In this document: positions 56,919 to 64,000 of the stretch, in pieces
How positions within the stretch are numbered: the stretch's first letter is position 1
Layout: every line of letters begins with the position of its first letter
Sequence record: OL825705.1
Source: Escherichia phage vB_EcoM_DE7
Strand: one strand, 5' to 3'
Length of the DNA: 64,000 nt
The notes under the pieces: generated by a model
Told to the model about the DNA's origin: nothing
What the model saw: the letters and a program-made list of their open reading frames with translations, nothing else
Databases searched by the model: none
Position numbers and translations under genes: made by a program

Positions 56919-57405
56919 AGGATTTGGCAATTGCCCTACCTATGGTCATTGGGTATCTTTATGTGGGGAAGTTGACCCCACTAAACATTTTGGATTTGTC
57001 TATTTAGTACACTGTAAGAAGACTGGACAATATTATATAGGAAAAAAACAGTTTAACAGTGTTACCAAAAGAAAAGTTGCTGGGAAGACTCGGAAGAAGA
57101 TAGTCACTAAGGAAAGTGATTGGATGACTTATGAGACTTCTTCTGAGTATATTAAAAAAGATATTGAGAGCTTTGGAAAAGAATTTTTTGACTTTTACAT
57201 TATCCAAACCTACTACACGAAAGGTGGTCTAGTTTATGGTGAAGCAAACCTTCAACATAAATTCGATGTAATGACAAAAAGGATTGACTCTAAGCTCAGA
57301 CTCTTCTACAATGCCAATATTGCAGCAATTAAGTTTATCACTAAAGAAACTTATGAAGATGCTGAAAAAAGAATCCATAAGGTAATGAAAGCGAATTGTG
57401 CTTGA
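56908..57405 (+). CDS. GIY-YIG domain protein (putative homing endonuclease)
   Basis: FGFVYLVHCKKTGQYYIGKK fits GIY-(10-11 aa)-YIG motif. Confidence 0.5.
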   Translation: MKIKGFGNCPTYGHWVSLCGEVDPTKHFGFVYLVHCKKTGQYYIGKKQFNSVTKRKVAGKTRKKIVTKESDWMTYETSSEYIKKDIESFGKEFFDFYIIQTYYTKGGLVYGEANLQHKFDVMTKRIDSKLRLFYNANIAAIKFITKETYEDAEKRIHKVMKANCA

Positions 57406-57411
57406 TAACTA

Positions 57412-57675
57412 TTGAGAGAGAATAAAATGTTTAACAAAAGTAAAGCTGTGAGTTATGTAGCAAAGGTTGACAGCAAGATTGAAGAACTTGAGCGCATTCT
57501 TGCAAATGCCAGAGAGTCAGTAATTAAAGAAGTTGAAGCTGTTGAATCTCAAATGCAGCACCTAATGCTCAAACGTCAAGAGTTACGTGAGCATCTGGAA
57601 TATATTGAAACACGAGAGCTAAAGGTTAACAGATATTTTAAGGAGTCCGAATGTTTAACTCAAGAGAATCAGTAA
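57412..57675 (+). CDS. hypothetical coiled-coil protein (87 aa)
   Basis: Intact ORF. Confidence 0.4.
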   Translation: MRENKMFNKSKAVSYVAKVDSKIEELERILANARESVIKEVEAVESQMQHLMLKRQELREHLEYIETRELKVNRYFKESECLTQENQ

Positions 57676-58406
57676 AAAACTGGAATCTTCGTTGCGGAAA
57701 CACCCAAAAGCAACCTTACAGTGGTGAGTATTGGGAATCTTTGAAATCCCAGTCTCTGTGTATGCTTGAAGAAGCAAAAGAGCTTGTAAAAGCAATTGAA
57801 GAGAAAGACCCCATTGAGACATTGGATGCTCAGGCAGATTTGCAATATGTTCTTGACGGTTTGATTTACCTGTCACAACATGACCATAACGGTGCTATGA
57901 AAGCTGTTTGCCATAATAATGACCTGAAGTACACAGACGACTATGAAGAAGCTTTAAAACGTCTTGCAGATATTGAGAAGCGTACTGGTCAAGAGTGTAT
58001 CATCAGAATGTCAGTAGTTGATGGTAAAGAATGGTATGCGATTGTCCGTGCAGCCGATGGGAAGATTATGAAGCAATCAAATCTCCCTAAAGTACAGCTT
58101 GGTGAATACATTGTAGAGCTTGAAAGCCAAGAACTTTTTGTGGTAGTATCTGAGACATGCGTTATCTGCAAAGGTATTGTAGGTAGCTTAAAGGATTTGG
58201 GTGTAGATGGTTTTGTAGAAGTTAATCCAATTACCTCTAAAGCAGATAAAGATTTCTGTAAAGAGAATGGACTATGGATTGCAGATATTGTTTACTACGA
58301 TGGTGAGCAGTTCCATGTAACCTCATACCCGAAACTGAATTATGATGCTAATAACCTGAAGTGCTGGTTAAAAGGGGTTGGTTATAATGGATTCACAGAA
58401 CATTAA
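57651..58406 (+). CDS. putative MazG-like nucleotide pyrophosphohydrolase domain protein
   Basis: LEEAKELVKAIEEKD...DLQYVLDGLIYL resembles MazG EExxE and hydrophobic motifs; weak. Confidence 0.35.
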   Translation: MFNSRESVKNWNLRCGNTQKQPYSGEYWESLKSQSLCMLEEAKELVKAIEEKDPIETLDAQADLQYVLDGLIYLSQHDHNGAMKAVCHNNDLKYTDDYEEALKRLADIEKRTGQECIIRMSVVDGKEWYAIVRAADGKIMKQSNLPKVQLGEYIVELESQELFVVVSETCVICKGIVGSLKDLGVDGFVEVNPITSKADKDFCKENGLWIADIVYYDGEQFHVTSYPKLNYDANNLKCWLKGVGYNGFTEH

Positions 58407-58710
58407 TAAAGAAGGTGTGGCTCAGAAGAGCCACTTTTCAAACTACAATATCTCTATGACGGTATTTATGAATGACCCGTTACTTGAGAAGTATGGTGAG
58501 ACTCCAGATACACTTCTGGATAATGAACAAGTTTTAAAAGCAGTCCTGTACAAATATGGGATTGATATCGAGAAAGAGTATTCCTTTGAAATCTGCCTAC
58601 ACAGAAATACTTTTGGGAAAGTTGTGATGGCTCCACTCTTCATGGGTGTAGAAAGAACTGACTATGGTTGGTTATATCTAAAAAGAAACTTGGAGAAATA
58701 CCGTGTCTAA
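58378..58710 (+). CDS. hypothetical protein (110 aa)
   Basis: Intact ORF. Confidence 0.4.
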   Translation: MVIMDSQNINKEGVAQKSHFSNYNISMTVFMNDPLLEKYGETPDTLLDNEQVLKAVLYKYGIDIEKEYSFEICLHRNTFGKVVMAPLFMGVERTDYGWLYLKRNLEKYRV

Positions 58711-59041
58711 AGCAAAAAAGTTATCTTATGATGACATTGTCTCAGGTGCTAAGTTAGGTGTGGACAGTATCTGGCAAGACGTTAAGCACGGAGACACAGT
58801 TATGTACTGTGATGACCGAAGAGGAAGAAGTGCAATCTTGTTTGGAAGAATTGTTTGCAAGATACGAGGTAATTACGTTGTTGCAGACATGGATGTGAAC
58901 GTTACACAAAAACTTGAAACAATTATGGATGCTAGTGCACCATTATGGTTCTCCCTGAATTGTATGCACACTTCTTCAGTCACAAAAGTAAGTGATAAGT
59001 TTTACGATATGTGGCAGAATGAGCAAATTTTCAAGATTTAA
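58703..59041 (+). CDS. hypothetical protein (112 aa)
   Basis: Intact ORF. Confidence 0.4.
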   Translation: MSKAKKLSYDDIVSGAKLGVDSIWQDVKHGDTVMYCDDRRGRSAILFGRIVCKIRGNYVVADMDVNVTQKLETIMDASAPLWFSLNCMHTSSVTKVSDKFYDMWQNEQIFKI

Positions 59042-59047
59042 ACTAGG

Positions 59048-59069
59048 GAGCCTCTTCGGAGGCTCTTTT
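59048..59069 (+). terminator. rho-independent terminator before nrdA
   Basis: GAGCCTC-TTCG-GAGGCTC hairpin followed by TTTT. Confidence 0.7.
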
Positions 59070-59087
59070 CATCTGTAGGATTCAAAA

Positions 59088-61322
59088 ATGATTAAGACAA
59101 TTAAAAAATCAAACGGTACAGTAGTAAACTTTGACCCAGAAAGACTGAATAAGTGGGCATCATGGGCAGACAAGCGTGGAATTATCTGGTCAGAAGTCAC
59201 TATGGAAGCTATGAAACGTGTCTATGAGGGTTGCACTACAAAAGAGATGCACCAAGCCATGATTGATGTTTGTGTTGATAAGCAAACTCAAGAGTACTCA
59301 GACATGGCTGGGCGGCTACTTCTGGGGATTATCTACAAAGAAGCCTTTGGAGGCTTTACTAAGGTTCCTACGCTGGTTACCTTCGTTAAAAATATGGAGA
59401 GAGCAGGACTTTGGGAGAAGATGGACTATTCTCAGGAAGAGCTTGAATATCTGCAAGGGTACATTGTGCACTCAAAAGATATCTCTTACGGTTATGCAGT
59501 CCTGAAACAGTTCAGAGACAAGTATGGTATCCGTGATATTAAAACGGGAAGACTTTTTGAGTCACCACAATTTATGTTTATAGGTATGGCTATGAAAGCC
59601 TTTGAGAAGCAACCAAAGCACCGTAGACTGCAAGATGTTATCAAGCTGTACACTTACCTATCTGACCTGAAGATTAATGCCCCTACGCCTTATCTGAATG
59701 GTTTAAGAGCTACTAAATCAGGTTATGCGTCATGCTGTTTGATTAAGGCAAATGATACTGCTGAGTCTCTAGGTATTGCCGCAAAGGTTGCCTATGACAT
59801 GACCACAAAGCAAGCCGGTATTGGGATGCTGATGGAGACTCGCACTATTGGTGATGGTATCCGTCAAAACACTATTGAGCACATGGGTAAACTACCTTAT
59901 TACAAGCTTGTACGTTCATCTGTAGAGGCAAACAAACAGAAGAGCCGTGGTGGTTCAGCTAACAACTTCTACACCGCTCTAGACCCGCAGATTGAAGATT
60001 TACTGCGTTTGAAGCACCCTACAACGGTTCCTTCGAAACGTATTAACGAGATGGACTACTCATTTGGTACAAATGATTATTTCTGGCAGTGTGTTCAATA
60101 TGATACAGACTGGTTGCTATTCTCTTACAAGGATGCACCAAAACTCTATGACATGTTCTACACAGCATCTGCTGATGAGTTTGCTATGGCAGTTGGTCAT
60201 GCAGTACATTCAGGTGTTAAGCACAGACGGGTGAAGGCTCGTGAAATTGCTAAACTGTTTATCCAGCAGCGTTATGCAACAGGTCGTGTGTATCCATTCT
60301 TCACGAATAATGCAAACACACATACACCATTTAAAGAACCTTTGAAGATGTCAAATCTTTGTATGGAAATTGTGTTGCCAGTGTACGGCTTTGAGAAAGA
60401 GACAGACCTTTACAGAGATGATGCTGTGAAAGAGGATGGTGAGGTAGCTCTTTGCTTCCTAGCTAGTTTGGTTGCAGGGAGAATTTCAGAAGATGAATAC
60501 GCTGACGTTGCTTATTATGCTCTTGCAATGGTTGACTCCGTTATTGACCTTATGGATTATCCGTATCCGTCGATGCGCAACCATGTTCAGAAGCGTCGTT
60601 CTGTTGGGATTGGCCTTACAAATGTGGCTCATTACCTTGCGAAGAACTACGTGAACTACTCTTCACGAGCAGGTAAGACAAAACTTCATGAGCTTGCTGA
60701 AATGCACTCTTACTACTTACACGAAGCTTCTTTAAGACTTGCTAAAGAACGTGGTGTACCTGAGTATATGCAGTTCACTAAGTATCCTGAAGGTTGGGTT
60801 CCTCCGAAAACAGCTAACAGTAAGATTGATGAGAAGCATGATGCAAAACTTCGTTATGATTGGGATGACTTAGCACAGCGTATTAAAGAAAATGGTGGAA
60901 TCCGTAACTCTGTATTAGAAGCTTACATGCCTAATGAGAGTTCTTCACTGGCAACTAATACGACAAACGGCTTGTACCCAATTCGTGACTTTATTTTAAC
61001 TAAAAAGTCTGCAACTGGTAACGTACTGTTTATTGTTCCAGACTACGAAGAGTTGAAGTATGTCTATGAAATTGCTTGGGATATTGACACCTTTGACCTG
61101 ATTGATTGTTATGCAATTGTTCAAAAGTTCACTGGTCAAGCTATCTCTTCAGATTTCTATGTTGACTATGCAAAGTCTAAGAAGGTATCATTGTCTCAAG
61201 CTTTGAAGTACATGATTTATGCCAACTCAGTAGGTATGAAAACCATGTACTACCTTAACAGTCGCATTGGTGTAGGTAAATCTGCACTGCAAGATGCTTA
61301 TTGCGAGGGTTGTGGTGTTTAG
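59088..61322 (+). CDS. nrdA: ribonucleoside-diphosphate reductase, large (alpha) subunit, class I
   Basis: 744 aa, N-terminal ATP-cone-like segment, C-terminal ...DAYCEGCGV Cys pair; followed by nrdB. Confidence 0.8.
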   Translation: MIKTIKKSNGTVVNFDPERLNKWASWADKRGIIWSEVTMEAMKRVYEGCTTKEMHQAMIDVCVDKQTQEYSDMAGRLLLGIIYKEAFGGFTKVPTLVTFVKNMERAGLWEKMDYSQEELEYLQGYIVHSKDISYGYAVLKQFRDKYGIRDIKTGRLFESPQFMFIGMAMKAFEKQPKHRRLQDVIKLYTYLSDLKINAPTPYLNGLRATKSGYASCCLIKANDTAESLGIAAKVAYDMTTKQAGIGMLMETRTIGDGIRQNTIEHMGKLPYYKLVRSSVEANKQKSRGGSANNFYTALDPQIEDLLRLKHPTTVPSKRINEMDYSFGTNDYFWQCVQYDTDWLLFSYKDAPKLYDMFYTASADEFAMAVGHAVHSGVKHRRVKAREIAKLFIQQRYATGRVYPFFTNNANTHTPFKEPLKMSNLCMEIVLPVYGFEKETDLYRDDAVKEDGEVALCFLASLVAGRISEDEYADVAYYALAMVDSVIDLMDYPYPSMRNHVQKRRSVGIGLTNVAHYLAKNYVNYSSRAGKTKLHELAEMHSYYLHEASLRLAKERGVPEYMQFTKYPEGWVPPKTANSKIDEKHDAKLRYDWDDLAQRIKENGGIRNSVLEAYMPNESSSLATNTTNGLYPIRDFILTKKSATGNVLFIVPDYEELKYVYEIAWDIDTFDLIDCYAIVQKFTGQAISSDFYVDYAKSKKVSLSQALKYMIYANSVGMKTMYYLNSRIGVGKSALQDAYCEGCGV

Positions 61323-61377
61323 TTTTAATAACTATGAGGGTCGTAAAAGACCCTCTAAAATTAACTTTGGAGAAACT

Positions 61378-61584
61378 ATGAAAGACTTAATAGAAAAACA
61401 TGAGCGGCCAATATACTTGCTCTACAAACCCCGCAAAACATTGTACTATGTGAGCAGCACAGGCATCATGATAAAGCAGAATGATGACTTATGGGTCACT
61501 GGTGTCTCTTACATCTCTACAGCAGATGGTAAAATCTATGCAAGACCTTATGACATGTTTAACAAAGAAATTGGGAAGTTTTAG
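61378..61584 (+). CDS. hypothetical small protein between nrdA and nrdB (68 aa)
   Basis: ATG with GGAGAA RBS. Confidence 0.4.
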   Translation: MKDLIEKHERPIYLLYKPRKTLYYVSSTGIMIKQNDDLWVTGVSYISTADGKIYARPYDMFNKEIGKF

Positions 61585-61630
61585 ACAGAAAACAAGCCTT
61601 AGAGATGATAAAGAAAGGAGAAATCACACT

Positions 61631-62704
61631 ATGATTAACCAACACCCAATCTTTTTAGGTGGTGAGAGAAAGACGTTTGACTCACTTAATAAACACTACC
61701 CAAAAATCTTTGAACTATATAAACAACAAAAAGCACAAGACTGGTCAGAAGATGAGTTCCCTTTTGAACAATCACGTCTTGATTTTGAGAGTGTACCAGC
61801 ATCAATGTCAGGTGTAATGCTTGAGATTCTTAAGTGGCAGTGGGAAGCAGATACCCAAGTTGCTAAGAGTTTAGCGTTTGCCTTTGCGCCATTCATCTCT
61901 GATGACATTTATGCAACTGCAATTATGAAGCAGTCTGAGATTGAAAACCTACATGCTCTTACTTATTCGGAGATTGTAAGGCAATGTATTAAAAACCCTG
62001 AAACAATCTTAGATGAGATTAACCAGAACATTGCTGTACAAGACCGATTAAAAACTGTGAATCGTGTTCTTGAAGAATTACTGGATGAAGGCATAAACTA
62101 TCGTCTGAGTTATGTCCGTGACTCGCTTCTGGACAAAGACCCTTTACACTTCCATAAAGTGATTCTAAAAGGTCTATTTGCAGTGACTGCGCTTGAAGGC
62201 ATTTCTTTTATGGCATCCTTTGCATGTACTTTTGCACTTGATGCTCAAGATAAATTTCAAGGTATTGCTCAAGCTGTCCAGAAAATTATGCTTGATGAAA
62301 TCCTTCACACTAAAATTGATATTGAAGTTTTAAAAGAAACTTTAAGAGATGATGAGTGGCAAAAAGCTTTCCAACAAATTCTTCCAGAGATTAAAGTAAT
62401 CTTAGATGAAGTAGTTGAAAGTGAAGAGAAATGGTCGTATTATATCTTCTCCGAAGGACGTGCTGTAGTTGGGTTAAATACAAAGCTTCTTCATGAGTGG
62501 GTTTACTATAATGCTGCCCCACTGTATGATATGTTTGGCATTCCCAGAGATTTTGTAGCTCCTAAAGAACCACCTTTGAAGTATATGATTAAGAAGATGG
62601 AAATTGATAAAGAGCAGAATGCTAATCAGGAGCAACAGAACGGTGCGTATCTATTGAATACTGTTGTAGATGATTTGAATAGTGGATTTTTAGAGGTTCC
62701 TTAA
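61631..62704 (+). CDS. nrdB: ribonucleoside-diphosphate reductase, small (beta) subunit
   Basis: Ferritin-like helices with E/H iron ligands; ATG at 61631 preceded by AAAGGAG. Confidence 0.75.
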   Translation: MINQHPIFLGGERKTFDSLNKHYPKIFELYKQQKAQDWSEDEFPFEQSRLDFESVPASMSGVMLEILKWQWEADTQVAKSLAFAFAPFISDDIYATAIMKQSEIENLHALTYSEIVRQCIKNPETILDEINQNIAVQDRLKTVNRVLEELLDEGINYRLSYVRDSLLDKDPLHFHKVILKGLFAVTALEGISFMASFACTFALDAQDKFQGIAQAVQKIMLDEILHTKIDIEVLKETLRDDEWQKAFQQILPEIKVILDEVVESEEKWSYYIFSEGRAVVGLNTKLLHEWVYYNAAPLYDMFGIPRDFVAPKEPPLKYMIKKMEIDKEQNANQEQQNGAYLLNTVVDDLNSGFLEVP

Positions 62705-62946
62705 TGACTTATGTAATTTACTCCAAAACTGGATGCCCTCAGTGTGAGACTGCAAAGAATTTTGCAAAAGCTCGTGGTATTGACCATGTTGTGAGAATGT
62801 TAGGGCAGGATTATGAACTGCCAGACCTGATGGATATTGCACAGATGCCAGTTCGTCAGATGCCATTCATCATGAAAACTGATGGTCAAAACCTAGAGCC
62901 TGTTGGAACGCTACAGAATTTTATGGCAGAGGTGAATAATGCTTAA
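62704..62946 (+). CDS. nrdH: glutaredoxin-like protein NrdH
   Basis: N-terminal CPQC redox motif; ATGA overlap with nrdB stop. Confidence 0.7.
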   Translation: MTYVIYSKTGCPQCETAKNFAKARGIDHVVRMLGQDYELPDLMDIAQMPVRQMPFIMKTDGQNLEPVGTLQNFMAEVNNA

Positions 62947-63145
62947 ACGCCTTTGGGAAGGTTTGGTTGTTGATGCACCAGCTATTGTGATTGGTATGCT
63001 TGTTGTTAACCTATTTACTGATTTTGAACAAGGTTCATTGTTTGGAGCCATGTTACTATGGGTTATCTTTGAAATATTAGAAATACAGCTAGGCATCACT
63101 GAAAAACTAAGAGAACTCTTTTCAAAGTTTTCTAAAAAGATTTAA
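62939..63145 (+). CDS. small membrane protein (68 aa)
   Basis: Two hydrophobic helices. Confidence 0.4.
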   Translation: MLKRLWEGLVVDAPAIVIGMLVVNLFTDFEQGSLFGAMLLWVIFEILEIQLGITEKLRELFSKFSKKI

Positions 63146-63151
63146 AATGAA

Positions 63152-63175
63152 AGGGTCTCTTCGGAGACCTTTTTA
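63152..63175 (+). terminator. rho-independent terminator
   Basis: GGGTCTC-TTCG-GAGACC hairpin followed by TTTTT. Confidence 0.7.
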
Positions 63176-63193
63176 GCATGTAAAGGGGCAATA

Positions 63194-64000
63194 ATGAACA
63201 AAGTACAGATTATTAAAAAGAATGGCTCACTTGAAGAACCGGATATCAAAAAAGTTTTAACAGCAGTAACTAAGTCAGCTAACAGGGTTGGTTATAAAGA
63301 ACTCCCACCAGATGTTATCCAAGCTCTTGAGTCAGCATTTATGAGGATTCTGGTAAAATCCACTAAGCAGAATAACTTGCTCATCTCGGTAAATGATATC
63401 CACAGTATCGTTGAAGGTGCTTTGGCAGAAGTCAATCACGAGATTTATGAGTCTTACTCAACATATAGAAATTACCGTAAAGAGGTTGCTCAAAATTGGG
63501 ATGAACTTTACCAAAAGACCAGAGACACGCTCTTCTTAGGTGACCGTGAAAATGCTAACTTTGACAGTAGTTTAATTTCTACAAAAGGTTCAATTATTCG
63601 TGGTTATCTGACTAAAGAAATCTTTAAACAGTACCATTTAACACCAGAGGAACTTGAAGCCATTGAAAAAGGGTTTATCTACATCCATGACTTAAGAGAC
63701 CTAATTTTTGGTGGTATTAACTGTTGCCTGTTCGACATTGGTAAAGTACTGAAAGGTGGCTTTGAAATGTCTGGCATCGAATACTGTGAACCTAAGTCTG
63801 TGCTGTCAGCCTTACAGGTTATTGGTGATGTAGTTCTTTCAGCAACTGCACAGCAATTTGGTGGCTTTACTTTAGCAGAGATTGATAAGGTGCTTGTACC
63901 GTATGCTAAGAAGTCTCTACGCTATCATGCTGAGAAAGCAGCATCTTATGGTATCCCTAAAGAACATTACCATAATTATGTCATGGAGCAGCTACAGATT
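63194..64000 (+). CDS. nrdD: anaerobic ribonucleoside-triphosphate reductase (partial; continues beyond window)
   Basis: ATG at 63194 with RBS; N-terminal ATP-cone-like region; ORF open to window end. Confidence 0.6.
   Translation, partial: MNKVQIIKKNGSLEEPDIKKVLTAVTKSANRVGYKELPPDVIQALESAFMRILVKSTKQNNLLISVNDIHSIVEGALAEVNHEIYESYSTYRNYRKEVAQNWDELYQKTRDTLFLGDRENANFDSSLISTKGSIIRGYLTKEIFKQYHLTPEELEAIEKGFIYIHDLRDLIFGGINCCLFDIGKVLKGGFEMSGIEYCEPKSVLSALQVIGDVVLSATAQQFGGFTLAEIDKVLVPYAKKSLRYHAEKAASYGIPKEHYHNYVMEQLQI

Overview
This window reads as part of a lytic tailed-phage genome (about 40% GC) with a contractile-tail structural module. From left to right it holds: (1) a 1.47 kb non-coding, repeat-dense region; (2) a leftward cluster of small unknown genes plus a GH24 endolysin and an Ig-like repeat protein; (3) a vWA/MIDAS protein followed by a large tRNA array of about 27 tRNA-like genes (10960-16410) that also contains an HNH endonuclease gene and a membrane-protein ORF; (4) a complete morphogenesis module (large terminase, portal, S49 protease/scaffold, lambda-E-like capsid, sheath, tube, chaperone pair, tape measure, baseplate, two His-rich tail fibers); (5) a leftward nucleotide-metabolism/replication block (thymidylate synthase, DHFR, ATP-dependent ligase, HNH-AP2 endonuclease, family A DNA polymerase); (6) a rightward T7-like replication block (dNMP kinase, primase-helicase, SSB, 5'-3' exonuclease, GIY-YIG protein, class I RNR, NrdH, start of NrdD). 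The most notable observation is that the DNA polymerase gene is split inside motif B by an 802 bp insertion carrying an HNH ORF, consistent with a group I intron. Other points worth follow-up are three Leu-anticodon tRNAs with short variable regions, several atypical or fragmentary tRNA-like elements, a recurring hairpin motif in tRNA spacers, and a likely -1 frameshift in the tail chaperone pair. All calls come from reading the sequence and ORF translations by eye; no searches or structure programs were run, so tRNA coordinates are approximate (about +/-2 nt), isotypes are provisional, and protein functions rest on motif recognition.
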